Shown here piece after piece: positions 1 through 12,299 of a stretch of DNA of 64,000 nucleotides (the stretch's first letter is position 1; every line of letters starts with the position of its first letter). Below the pieces are notes generated by a model. It was not told the origin of the DNA, made no database searches, and was given only the letters and a program-made list of their open reading frames with translations. This DNA is from Camelus dromedarius (taxonomy: Eukaryota): contig NC_087436.1 of NCBI RefSeq assembly GCF_036321535.1, positions 79,920,001 to 79,984,000 of the forward strand, in the 5' to 3' direction. Both the position numbers and the translations under genes were made by a program.

Positions 1-75
1 CTTTTATAAACGGAGATGAGGAGTTCTCTAGTTCTTAGTTTTATGAGAAGGAACTTGGTATGACAGAGAACTTAC

Positions 76-123
76 GATCTACGTTTTCATTTTCCTTCTC
101 TGGGTCTAATGCTGGGATATTAT
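76..123 (-). other. Candidate 48-nt internal exon (minus strand), phase 1-1, reads (D)NIPALDPEKENENVD
   Basis: Acceptor tctctccatctag and consensus donor gtaagt on the minus strand; only the phase-1 frame is open. Confidence 0.35.
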
Positions 124-190
124 CTAGATGGAGAGATTTTCAGTTTTTCTTTTGATGAATCCATATTTGTTTTCCTTTGTTGCTAAACAG

Positions 191-293
191 TACCTTTTGA
201 AAGTATTGCCAGCTTGCCATCTTGGAAGAAGTTAACATTCAGGAAAATATCGAACCGGGTCCCAGGCATCTGTGGATTCATTCTGGATTCCAG
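191..293 (+). CDS. Candidate coding exon of an unidentified gene (xPFESIASLPSWKKLTFRKISNRVPGICGFILDS)
   Basis: Pyrimidine tract ttttcctttgttgctaaacag, donor CAG|gtgggt, one open frame; phase-compatible with 1845-1882. Confidence 0.4.
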
Positions 294-1559
294 GTGGGTA
301 TTCGAGACACAACAAATGAAAAGCCCCATTTTAATACATTTGCCTGCTCTTGTTTTCTCACTTGACTTCCCAATCTAATTTCTTTGCTGCCAAGGGTTCT
401 CACTCATAACACCATTTAAAATTTAAAAGCAATATATATTTAAATGCAAAACAATGTGCTTATATGGAGACCTGGCTACAGTGGAAAGTATGACAGTGGA
501 TTTCATCTCAGAGAGTTCTGGATGATCTACCGAGTGGTAGAGCCAGGAGTAAGAAATGTTAGATTATTCCAAATGACTGGAAAGAAAACAAATACTACTC
601 TCTGTTTGATCATGGTCTTTCTACGTTAGGGAATTTTTGTTTTTATTCATTTGCTCTTTCTCATCTTCCTTTTGAGTGACCATGGTTGCTGTGAATAGCA
701 GAGAGAGCAACTTCCAAATTCATTTTAACAGCAAGAGTGGCACTCATTCGCATACTTTGAGAAAACTAAGAAATTCTATGTGCAGGCAATGCAGGATGCC
801 CTCAAAAGTCTCCCTATTGACTCAAAACACCCTGTCAGATCTATTTGTTCTCTGGGACGATAATGTAATTCAGATGGGGAATTTTCTACTCAACACCCCA
901 TCTTACCAATCCACTCAGGAACACCCCAGTAGAGGGATCAATTACGTGGAACTGCTGCTTTCACAACCTTCTGCCACAAAGGCTAACAATGAAGCAAAAC
1001 TGTGGCAGGCTCAATAAAAATGGAAAATATTTTAAATCAAGCAGTATGAATATTTACCAAGAATGTTTGTATGTTTTGTGATAGTAGTTTTTAAAATGCA
1101 TAAGTAAGTTTACATCTGGGGTCAAGAGTCCAAAGTGTGCTCCCAGAGCAAATACCAAATTATTCTGGTAGTGAGATAAGTGAGTGGACTGCAAAATGTG
1201 TATATTTGAATGTATTTATTTCAACTGCTTTGGTCTTTGTTCTGCTTAATATGTCTTCAAAAAATTAACATTTTACTTTGTCCTGTAAAAGCAACACCAG
1301 TAGTTAAATGAAATAAATCCACTTGTCTGGCATATATTTTTTTTCCCTTCTTAGAAATTTCAAAACTGAGGTGTGCCTATGAGAATGGGGTATATGTGCA
1401 TGTACAAACACACACAGTGCAATTTACATTCTTGGGAAATTATGTATATGTGAATAAATAGACATGAAATCATATTTTAAATGATCCATGGAAATTCAGT
1501 GCAACGTAGCTCCTCTGGGAATTCCTTTTGAGTGAAACCTACTTTAATAATGTAGTTAC

Positions 1560-1610
1560 CCCACAGATATACTGGATTTATAGGTGGAGTTTTTTTGAAC
1601 ACCATATTTT
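1560..1610 (-). other. Candidate 51-nt phase 1-1 exon (NMVFKKTPPINPVYLW); alternative acceptor at 1655
   Basis: Donor GGG|gtaact; joins in frame to 76-123; acceptor aactaactacag is weak. Confidence 0.25.
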
Positions 1611-1844
1611 CTGTAGTTAGTTACGGCCATGTAGAAATACTGATAAACGTTGAAACTAGAAAACTGAGAAGTGATATAGAATGTTTGACATAGCCTTCTA
1701 GAATTCGCATATCTCTGCAGCTTTCTGGGGCAGGCCTTATGAATGAGGAAAGCGGACATGAAGCCTTGTGAGAGAGCAACGATGGGCCCCCCCTCACCTC
1801 CTTCTCTGGCTCGTGGCTTCTGTCTTTGTATCCTTTTGGTAAAG

Positions 1845-1882
1845 AGGCACACAGGCTTTGATATTAGTGAATTTTTATGTGG
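1845..1882 (+). CDS. Candidate 38-nt coding exon (RGTQALILVNFYV)
   Basis: Long upstream pyrimidine tract ending ggtaaag, consensus donor TGG|gtaagt; phase 2 to 1. Confidence 0.4.
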
Positions 1883-2224
1883 GTAAGTGGCCTCTTCGGA
1901 AAGCTGGGCAATCTAATGGAGGCAAGTAGGAAGACAGCAGCCTGCCCTTGACCTGTGGCTGAAGTTGTCTATGTGAGTGCTGGAATTTCCTGGGGATCTT
2001 GTCTTTATGATCTGGAGGCCTGTTCTATAGGAATTAGACATCAGCACGAATCAGTCATAATATGGTGATGGCTGGTTCTGGATATCTAGCTTCTCTGTAC
2101 CACCCCCAAACATGAGCCAAAAGGCCCAAATATCATTGTCTATACCTTTATTCCCACCCAAGACACTTTTAAAGCTGTTGTTTTATGTTAAAAGTCAAAT
2201 GCATTTAAGTAACTATATGAAAAA

Positions 2225-3610
2225 TTACAGAAAAGAATCTTGACCCTTACCTCACACCATATAAAAAATTAACTCAAGATGGAACATATGCCCAAATGTA
2301 AAAATTTTAGAAGAAAACCTAAGAGGAAATCTCCGTGACATTAGAGTTAGCAAAGATTTCTTAAACATGACACAAAAAGCATAAGAAAAATTGTACTTCA
2401 TCAAAATAAAAACGAGATTAAGTTAAAAGTAAGGCATTGATGAGGCTCAATAAGGAGGTAGACAAGATGACCTGGTTCTGAAAATGTCAACCTGTTTATC
2501 AAACCACCCAGGGCTTGCTGAAAGGGTGCATTAATACAGTAGCTATGAGGGAAATGCTGGAAAATATGCAGGGGCTCAACAAAACAGATTTTCTCTCACC
2601 AGAGCAGACCTGGCTACTCTATACTTCCTAAGGATAATTCCCCAACAGCACAGACCAATAATGAACCATATGTACTGTACCTGAGGGGACCAGCCAAGGC
2701 AGGTTGATTATAGTAGATCCCTTTCTTCATGGAAGAGGCAGTCCTCACTGGAATAGATACGTTTTCTGGATATGGATTTGCCTTCTGTGCCTACAGTGCT
2801 TCTATCAGTACCATCATCCACAAACTTACTAAATGCCCTATTCACTATCATGATATCTCACACTTTATCTTCCCATCCAAAGTTTTTTTTTAATGTATTA
2901 AAACCATTTCATGCTCTTCTAAAAACCTTTCTGGGAAAATAAAAGGTGAGCCACAGCTTGGGTGGAAATATTTTTTGCAAATCACATATTCAACACAGTA
3001 CTTCTATGCAAAATATATAAGTAACACAACTCATAATAAGACAAGACAACCCATTAAAAAAAAAATGAGTAAAAGATTTGAAGAGACACTTCACCAGAAA
3101 AGATATACAGATGGCAAGTAAGCACATGAAAGGACATTCAGCAACATAAATCCTTTCTAATCAAGAGGGACTCTCAGACAAACCCAAATGGAGGGGCATT
3201 TTACAAAATAACTTGCCGGTAACCAGCAAGTGTTAAAGTCAGGGAAGTCAAGGAAAGAATAGAGAACTCTTCCAGATTGAAGGACGTGAAAGAGATATGA
3301 CAACTAAGTGATAAACTGTAAAGGACATTATTGGGACAGTTGGTGAAACTTGAATGGGGTCTGAGGATTAGACAGTATTAATACATCAGTGGTAATTTTC
3401 TCATTTTTATGCCTGCTTTGTGGTTATGTGGTGAAATGTCCTTATTTATAGGAAATATGCACTAAATATTTAGGGGCAATGATGAAGTATTGCATCGGGC
3501 AAGAACTTACTCCCAAATAGGTCAGATAAAAAAATTTCACTTACACTGTATTCTGGACTTGGAACTTTTCTGTAAGTTTGAGGTGGTTTCAGATTTTTAT
3601 AAAAATTTCA
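2225..3610 (+). mobile_element. Old L1 (L1MC-like) ORF2 3' part and 3' UTR, interrupted by an ERV-L fragment
   Basis: L1 motifs cttgacccttacctcacaccatat, aaagatttgaagagacacttcacc and L1MC-type 3' UTR aaggacattattgggacagttggtgaaacttgaat. Confidence 0.85.
2440..2863 (+). mobile_element. ERV-L internal fragment (RNase H/integrase junction), degenerate
   Basis: Reads QVDYSRSLSSWKRQ / VLTGIDTFSGYGFAFCAYSASISTIIHKLTKCPIHYHDISH, matching ERV-L integrase WQVDYIGPLPSWKGQRFVLTGIDTYSGYGFAFP...LTECLIHRHGIPH. Confidence 0.85.
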
Positions 3611-4039
3611 AGTCATACCCCTGGGGAAAAATAAAAAGCATATATTTATACACACACAAAAACATATATTATGTATACATATTTAGTATAATATATGCAA
3701 TATAAATAGTAATATTACATAAACAAATTCTCAGGTCTCACCTTCAGAAGGTTCTAATTCACTAAGTTTTATATATTTTAGTAATCTATTGTTATTTGTA
3801 CAAAGCTGATGCAGATACACAATCTGAGAACCATCTAGAAATCATTTAATCTATCCCTACTCCTCCATTTCCTGAAGAAAAAAGCAAATCCTAAAGAGGT
3901 GAACCATTTGTTCCAGATTATTCATGTACGTACTGATAGAGCCAGGATATTGCTCTCGACACCTGAATCTCATCAATACTGCCTCGTGTTATCTAAAGAA
4001 ACAAACAAATGAGCAAATAAACATATTAAAATTAAAATA

Positions 4040-4184
4040 TTATCACTTTACAGAAAAGGAAACTGAGGCTTGTAATGGGTAAAAGTTGCCAAAAGCCATA
4101 CAGCTAGTGAGGGACAGAGCAGGACTTAAGTCCAGCGCTGTTTGATTCCAAAGCATGAGCTCTTAACCACACTGTGACACGCCT
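4040..4184 (-). mobile_element. MIR SINE
   Basis: tttacagaaaaggaaactgaggct...gagctcttaaccac is the reverse complement of the MIR core. Confidence 0.85.
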
Positions 4185-4440
4185 AGTAGTGGGTGGCCAT
4201 AACTATTTTTGAATTAATAAAATTGAATGATGCCTTGCAAGTCATAAGGAAAGAGTGACAATTTGATTTAAACATTCCAAATAATGGTCTAATTATTACC
4301 ACCTTTTTCTCGTGGTATCAGAATGTAAGTAGGGGTGGGGCACACCTTCCGTACAATTCACTTAATCAAGCAAATATTTAGCATCATGGTATTAGATGCT
4401 AAAAAGTGCAAATGACTTTATCTGTCTTTAATTCTATCAG

Positions 4441-4569
4441 CGATAAAGAGTATTATACTGATTTTCAAAAGTCTTGATTCAACTGTAGAAAAATTGGCAG
4501 AGATACATAGAAAAGGAAGTACAAAGGCTACTAAAAGGAAACTGAGATGGGACTTTCCACAACTTAAGG
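4441..4569 (+). CDS. Candidate 129-nt coding exon (AIKSIILIFKSLDSTVEKLAEIHRKGSTKATKRKLRWDFPQLK)
   Basis: Acceptor tctgtctttaattctatcag, donor AGG|gtaagg, phase 1-1 frame open. Confidence 0.45.
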
Positions 4570-5844
4570 GTAAGGAACTAGAGGTGGATGAAGATGATAA
4601 CACAAGTCATAGAGAAATGCTTCATATCTCTTTAATCATTCTGTGTAAGAATGGCATCATACAAAAAAATTTATAATTATGAACACAAGACTATGCTGTC
4701 AGATTTAGCTATGGAAACGAATCATATATTTGTATGTATATATGAATGAAGCAATAAGCATTAAAAAATACTAATTAAAATTCATTAAAAGAAAATAGAT
4801 GTAAATATTATTAAAATCAGAGAGGTCACATTATAATTAAATTCATATCATAAATTAAGGTCAATGATTATTATTAAGAAGTAATTATACAAATACTAAA
4901 TAAAATAAAAAGCATTCATCTTCAAGTAAAACCTATACACCAAAAATCACACTAAAAACACACTTCAACATTAACTTCAATTTAATTTCCTGAAACAAAG
5001 TGAGTGACATCTTTGCTGTCTACAATTCTTTCACCTTTTCCATCTTGATTTCTAGTATTCTGTTTGACTACCAGCAGAAAATAAAGGAGTGTCATGATTT
5101 ACAGTGTTTCAGCCTCACTGGAAGATGTATCAGACATTTAATATTAAAGGCTAAATAATGTACATTATCTAATATATAATATACAAAATAGGAGAGATCT
5201 AATGTTGCAGAAGAAGCTTAGATGGCAAATAACACTCATTAAAAGAGCTCTGTAGTCCACTATTCGTGACTGGATGCAGCTGGAACTTAATTGGCAGTTA
5301 AGTGTGTGGGGTTCCACCTATATATAACAAAAGATTTGCTGGGTTCCTTGCAGTAAACTCTAAAAAGCAAGCACAATTGAAGCCGTATGAAAAATGCAGC
5401 CCAGCTAGTACTGTGTAGATCAATAAGACTAATTAGTCAAATGTAACTAGACTGTTACATTGAATTTAGTCAAGTCTATTGTATGCCTACCTATAATCTA
5501 GGTTTGAACCCCACCTCTGTCTGCTGGGCCCCAGATCCTTTAATAGATCCTTTGGGTTTATGTTGACCTAAACTCTCCTATATTTTTCTAAAATCCGGAT
5601 GAAGGGTCAGATAACTGGGTGGGTGCTGATCAGTACAGGGTTATAGACAGCTATTAAGGGTTGATACAAGAAAAAACCAATTGAAGATCGTTTCTGCATT
5701 TGTTATCACTAAAGATATTACTCATAATATTTCTTGATGGTCCGTATACCAAATATCTTTTGGTATAAGGCTCATTATACAATTCTACTTAAGGACCAGC
5801 AGAGCTTCCAGTCAGATATCAAAAAACTATTGACCCTTAAAATA

Positions 5845-6215
5845 TGGGATATTCATACAGTGGAATACTACTCAGGAATATAAAGGAACAAACTACTGAT
5901 AAACATAACACTATAGGTTAATCTCCAACACTTTACATTGAAAGAAAGAAGTAAAAAGAAGTCTGTATAAGAGTATATAGATCCCATTTATATGAGGCTC
6001 TAGAACAAGCAAATCCATGTTGAAGGAAATCAGAGCAGCAGTGAGGAATTGACCGGAAAGGGGCAAAGGAACCTTGTTTGAGGTGATGGTTACGTTCTCT
6101 ATCTTGACAGGGATGTTGAGTTCCGTCAAAATGTGCATTTGTCGAATCTTCTGGAATTGTAACACTTCAGATCAGTGCCATTCACTGTATCTATGTTATG
6201 CCTTAATATAAAATG
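5845..6215 (+). mobile_element. L1ME-like 3' end
   Basis: atattcatacagtggaatactactcag...gaggtgatggttacgttctctatcttga, typical of an old L1M 3' UTR. Confidence 0.8.
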
Positions 6216-6575
6216 TATTAAAACAAAAAATGCAATGTTATTTTCCTTTTAGCCTTTGCTGCCAGCAAGGCTAATTTTAATAGTCAATTACAGATGACTA
6301 ACAGCACCATGATGTTAGCATGCTCTCTACCTCCTATTTTATTCTAATTATTACTAATTTAACAACCTTATTATACATTTGTCATGTTATAACGTCCCTC
6401 AAAGTCCTTTTTCGAAGAGGCAGATATAAATGCATACATATGCAATCACACTTGCCAACACACTTGCAAAGATGAATAGAACTCTAAAGGTATATTTAAC
6501 AATTGAGAAAAAAAGAAAAAAACCTTAAAAATCCTGACTTCTCATCACTCTCAGTCTTGATTTTTTCATTTACAG

Positions 6576-6616
6576 AAGTCTATCTGCATAGTGCAAAAGA
6601 TGAATCCCTCTCTTGA
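6576..6616 (+). CDS. Candidate terminal coding exon (EVYLHSAKDESLS*), with AATAAA at 7138
   Basis: Strong acceptor ttgattttttcatttacag, upstream ctgac branch-like motif, in-frame TGA at 6614-6616. Confidence 0.35.
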
Positions 6617-7217
6617 TTTAGTCATTGCATCAAAAATTTATTCTCTTTTGAAAAATGTAGCATTGCTCAAGTGGAATATTTGCTTGAGAATGATACTAGA
6701 TGAATATAAAGTGTAGTTACAAAGGTTATTTGAAATTATCTGAGTACAGCTACTCTGCAGAATTCCAAATTCTCTCAGCTTACATAACATTAAAGTTGTT
6801 TGAGGATTCATGATTAATATAAAAGGAGAAAATACAGAATTGTTGAAGTTATCACTGGTCATACGTAAAATGCAGATAAAGGGCATGGTTGGAAGAACAG
6901 AGACTTTCATTTTGAACAGTGCTTAGAACTATTCTGACCTATGTGGTGAACATGAACTGAGAGGGAATTTGTGTAATTGTGTCTCCAACTCAGATTTGCC
7001 TACAAGCTTTATCTTAGTCTTTAGGATTTTCCCAATTGATATGAAAATTCTTAGTAGCTGTAGCACCAAAAAATGTTGACAGCTGATTTAATGTGACCCC
7101 CACTTTGCTCAAGATGAACAATGTGGACAATATCTAGAATAAAATGGATTTCAGAAGTTCTTAGTTCATAAGAACTGCATGGAAGTTGATATTTCATTAA
7201 GAATGCTCTTCAGTTGT

Positions 7218-7715
7218 GGGGAAAAAGGAAACCACGCCATTTGTGACAACATGAATGGCTCTTGAGGGCATCATACTAAGTGAGATAAGTCAGACAGAGA
7301 AAGATAAATACTGTATGATCTCACTTATATGTGGAGTCTAAAAAAGCTGAACTTTAGAATCAGAGAGTACAGAGGTGGTTACAAGGGGTTGGCATGTGGG
7401 GAAATTGAGAAGATATTTTTTAATGGTACAAACTTGCAACCAGTAGATTAAAAGAAAATCCTGGGGATCTAGTGCACAGCATCGTGATTATATTCAACAA
7501 TACTGCTTTATAAACCTCAAAGTTGGTAAGAGACTAGATCTTAATTGTTCTCCCCTCAGAAAAGAAATAATAATTATGGAAGGTGATAGAGATGTTAGCT
7601 ACCACTATGTGGTAATCATGTTGCAATATGTAAGTGTATCAAATCAACCTTAAACTTAACACAATATACTATGTTGATCATATCTCAGTTAAACAAAATA
7701 GAAAAAGGAAAAAAG
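7218..7715 (+). mobile_element. L1MA-like 3' end with A-rich tail
   Basis: gccatttgtgacaacatgaatgg...ctaagtgagataagtcagacagagaaagataaatactgtatgatctcacttatatgtgga; possible TSD a(a/g)gaatgct. Confidence 0.85.
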
Positions 7716-8169
7716 GAATGCTTACAAAACCATTGATGCCTCCACTTCTAGATCTTTTCCTATCGTTTTTCTGACCATTTCTATCACCTTACAGAAAATG
7801 GCTTCAGAATCTCTTGCATAACCAACCCCCCACAATAGCTCTTTAAGTAAGACTGTGGCAAGCTATATATCTATCTCCAAACTATTTTCACCTCCACAAT
7901 TTTTCAAAGAGAAAAAAGATTGTCTTTAACATGCAAATTGATTGTTGAGCTTCTTCTGTTTTTTTTTCTCTAGATGCTGAGAAAGAATAGTGTATATTTT
8001 TCGCTTGATATGTTTTTTGCCCAAGGCAAGTGCTGCTATAGTGTCATGAAAACTGCTCAGCTGTGCTGTTTCATAACGCAAATGTGCAGCACGGCCAGTG
8101 GCTAAGGGAATCAGGGTTGATTCCTACTGTGTAAGTTTATATGTTCAGCCTCCTCATGAAAAGAGAATT

Positions 8170-9000
8170 TCATGGAAATAAGATTTATCACCTATCAGAT
8201 TGGAAAAAATAAAGTTTGACACTAGATTCTGTTGATGAGGCTGCTGAGAAAATGGCACGTCAGACATTGATGGAGGTTTAAAACTTTGTACAAGTTCCGT
8301 AAAGGGAATCTGGCAACATCAACCAAAATCACAGTGGCATTTACCTTTCATTTACTCAAGCATTTAATGCTGCAAATGAGTATAACGTTAATAAATGTAT
8401 ATATGGTTGACCTTGAACAACATGGGGCTTAGGGATGCCAACCCCCTGCCCCCGAACCTGTAAAGAGAAAAATCCATGCATAACTCTGTAATTCACCCTC
8501 CATATCCCCGGTTCCACATTGAAGGATTCATCCATTTATGGATCCTGTATTACTGTAGAAAAAGCTCAGTATGAGTGGACCAGCTCCGTTCCAGCCTATG
8601 TTGTTTAAGGGTCAACTATATTTGCATTTACTCTAGTAACCCTTCTTTTGTGAATCAATCCTACATATATACATGTGCTACATAATGGGTATACAAGATC
8701 ATTTGCTATGACATCCTTTATAATGGCAGAAGATTGGAAACAACTGAAGTGTTCATTTATAAGGAACTGGTTAGTAAACTGGTACAACCACACGCAACAC
8801 TATAAAGCTATAAGTAACCTCTCTCTAAATCCAAGAAAGATCACCAAGACATATTAGGTGGAAACAGCAAGATACAGAACGCTGTGTAGAGAATTCTACC
8901 ATTTGTGAAAGAAAGTAGATACAATAAGAATATATATTTGCATTTGTTAATGTTTGGAGGAAGAAACACTGCGAAGTACATAAACAACAACAAAAATGAA
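8170..9000 (+). mobile_element. Old L1ME fragment interrupted by a Tigger MITE
   Basis: Degenerate ORF2 C-terminus/3' UTR motifs (tataatggcagaagattggaaacaactgaagtgttcattt). Confidence 0.65.
8404..8618. mobile_element. Tigger2-derived MITE (MER8-like)
   Basis: Terminal inverted repeats ggttgaccttgaacaacatggg / cctatgttgtttaagggtcaact, flanked by TA dinucleotides. Confidence 0.85.
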
Positions 9001-9149
9001 TACTTTAAGGAGCGGGTAGAGAAGTCAGGGCTAGGATAGATGGGTGCGGAGGTGGGTGTACACCTGATAGGAATTACAAAACGAGCGTTTCTCTAGTTAT
9101 AAGTGATGGTTGTTATAAAATGAATTCAGCAGGAAAAAGCCTGTATGTA

Positions 9150-10620
9150 TTCTTTTCCCATTTTTCTACTGGGTTCTCAGTCTTTTAAAAATTGACTTGT
9201 AGTTTTCTGTATTTTTTTCCCCGAAAGAATTATCCCTTCGCATATACCCAGAGGGAATCTTAATTCAAAAAGACACCTGCACCCCAATGTTCATAGCAGC
9301 ACTATTTACAATAGCCAACATGGAAAAAACCTAAATGTCCATCTACAGTTGACTATAAAGAAGTTGTGGTATATTTATACAATGGAATACTTCTCATCCA
9401 TAAAAATAATAAAATAATGCCATTTGCAGCAACATGGATGGCCCTGGAGAATGTCATTCTAAGTGAAGTAAGCCAGAAAGAGAAAGAAAAAATACCATAT
9501 GATATCACTCATATGTGGAATCTAAAAAAAAAAAAAACAAAAAAGATGAATTAACTTATTTATAAAACAGAAACAGACTCACAGACATAGAAAACAAACT
9601 CATGGTTACCGGGGTGAAGGAGTGGGAAGGGATAAATTGGGAGTCTGAGACTTGCAGATAGTGACTGGTATGTATAAAATAGATAAACAAGTTTACACTG
9701 TATTTCACAGGGAACTATATTTGATATCTTGTAGTAGCTTACAGTGAAAAAGAATATGAAAACGAATATATGTATATTCATGTATGACTGAAGCATTGTG
9801 CTGTACACTAGAAATTGACAAAACATTGTAAACTAACTATACTTCAGTAAAAAAAAAAAAAAAAAAGAATTAGCCTTTTGTCTGTAATAGTTGATGTTAA
9901 CATTTTTTTCTCAGGGTCTCATTTGTCTTTTGACTTTGTTTTTGGTATTAGTTGCCAAATAGAAGATTCTGAGTTTGATGCAGGTAAATTCATTGCCTCT
10001 TTTTTTGTGTGTGACTTTGAGGATTTGTGTCATTCTTAGATAGGCCTTTCTCATTCTGACAACAGCAAAACAAAACAAAACAAAACAAAACTTGTTTTCT
10101 TCTAGTACTTTTAATTGTTTAATTTTTAATATTTAAATATTTTGTCTATCTGATTTAATTTTGATGCAAAGTATTAGGTAGGATTTAAAAATTTTTTTTT
10201 CCTGGTAGAATTCTCCTTATATTTTGTTTCATCTGCTAATTTAAAATGACATCTTCAAAATATACCAAATTTCTGTACATACTTGTGTCACTAATAAGCT
10301 TTTTAATTTTTATACCTTCAGAATATATATTTAATGTCTATAAAAGTTCCTTCTCATTGATACTATTTCTCAGAGGTTTTTGGAATGCCCTTGGTTTTTT
10401 AATTTTTCCATATGACATATGATACCAACTTTTCCTTTCCCAAATAAATCCCATTGATATTTTAATTGGAGTTACATTTAATGTAACCCTTAAAAAACAT
10501 AAGAAGCTTTCCATTTTGTCTTCTTTCATCATCTAAATTTTTTTCATATGAATTTTGCACATACCTTGTTAAGATTATTTTTTTCATCTTTTTTTGTTGC
10601 TAATGTAGCTGTCAATCTAT
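9150..10620 (-). mobile_element. Old antisense L1 ORF2 remnant (host of the young L1); includes (CAAAA)n at 10066-10091
   Basis: T-rich degenerate L1 motifs such as catttgtcttttgactttgttt and ccattgatatttttaattggagttacattta. Confidence 0.65.
9241..9866 (+). mobile_element. Young lineage-specific (camelid-type) 5'-truncated L1 with poly(A) and 17-bp TSD
   Basis: TSD aaagaattatcccttcg (9224-9240) / aaagaattagccttttg (9864-9880); A-tail; inserted into an older antisense L1. Confidence 0.9.
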
Positions 10621-11057
10621 TCCTTTTGATGAAAAATTCAATAATATTATTTACACTGGGTTAATCCAGTCTATGTAATTCTTTTGATAAATCTATATAG
10701 ATATTGTCTGAAAGGTTTGTCAATCTAAATAGTCTATGACTTTTATTTCTTTCCCCATGACTTATGGATAGAGTATTTCATATGAAATACCTCTGTTTCC
10801 ATGATTTCACAGCATCTTTTTTTAAACAGCCATTTTAACTCTATTATTTATTAATGTATTTAAGCTATACACCAACTATCTATGGGGCTTATACGTTTTT
10901 TTCTCTTAATCTAGCCATCAATAAATTCTTTAAAAATCATTTTCTTCTTTGAATTGATCAAACAGATTTCTCAGTGTAGAAACATAAAATGAGTCTAAAA
11001 TGTTAAAAAATTGAGGCAGCCAAAAACAAAACAAAATTGTCTATGCTTGATACTTAC

Positions 11058-11161
11058 ACTTGAACATGAATGGAAACAGCATGCAGGGAAAGGAAGGCGA
11101 GAACCGCGGCAGGTCGTAGAACTGCTGTCATGGGCTGCAACGTGAGGAATCCCCGTAACAA
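11058..11161 (-). other. Candidate exon containing an ATG (11131) and a signal-peptide-like stretch MTAVLRPAAVLAFLSLHAVSIHVQ
   Basis: Acceptor aaattgccgtccag, donor AGT|gtaagt, local CpG enrichment. Confidence 0.3.
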
Positions 11162-11490
11162 CTGGACGGCAATTTGAACAGAATGGTGCTGGATTACCTT
11201 CCCATTCATGAAAAATCACATGATTATAAACATCAGACATAGTACATATTCACTTGGCATATGGGGACACTGAAAGGACCGAGGAAATACTATAACCCTA
11301 ATTAGCTGCTTTTGGTAGTATAGAGATGAATGTCCTTTCATTTTCCTGCTAAGGCCCCGGACTTTTATTTGACATCCTCTTTCTTATTTAGTCTTGATTT
11401 AATTTTACTGCACTTTTCTTTTTTCCATATTCTTAATACCCTTATGCCAGTACATCTCATGTGAAACAATTTTTAACATAATATGCTTAC

Positions 11491-11529
11491 CGGATACAAT
11501 ACGATGCAAAGACTTCGGTTGCCCATAGA
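11491..11529 (-). other. Candidate 39-nt exon
   Basis: Long pyrimidine tract ctctctttcatttctagtctgtcctttacag and donor CCG|gtaagc; all three frames open. Confidence 0.4.
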
Positions 11530-12299
11530 CTGTAAAGGACAGACTAGAAATGAAAGAGAGGAATGGGGAGAGTTGTTCAGAGGAGTCAGAAGAAAAATAT
11601 AAGATTTTATCTTGGAAGGAAGGTAGAAATGAGGAGTATGTAAAGTGTTAAAGTGCTTCACTGATGCTAAAATAACAGTTTTTTAGAGAGAGGACAGATA
11701 AAGGTGAGATCTCTTAACCTTTTTGGTATTTGAGGTCTTGTGTCTATGTAACGGAATTTTAAACCTAATGTAGGGTTTTGGTAAAGACTGATTAGATAAT
11801 AGGTTAATCCTACAAGGTGATTAAGTTGTTCCCCTGAGAAAGGTAGGCAGTTTGGGGAGATGAGTTATTTCTTTCAGACCCTTAGAGTGCCATTTAGTCC
11901 AGCTATTCAAACCCAAAGCCATTTAAAGTGCTTTCTACCACTCAGAAGAAAATTCTAGATAATATCGATAATCAGCACTAATGTCATATCTAGTGTGACA
12001 GGGGATCTAGATGGAAGCAGAGATTGTAAAGGGTCAGAAGTAGGCACACACGGGCAAGGAGCAAGTTCTATCACGGGCCTGGGAAGCAGATTCCTCCATA
12101 AACAATGAGTCCTAAGAACCATTCCCCAGATAGACCCCACATCACCAATTAACGGGCACACCTAGAAACAGGGGAAAATGGGTATTTGCTTGCTTGCACG
12201 ATGATTCATTGATTTCTGTCATCAAAATTTTGCTCAGAGATGGTGGATTTCACCCTGCATTATTTCAAATGGGTGATTTAGCATTTACTATTGTTTTAT

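Noticed and set aside
5746..5767. Small hairpin tataccaaa..tttggtata
   Set aside because: Short AT-rich inverted repeat with no supporting context
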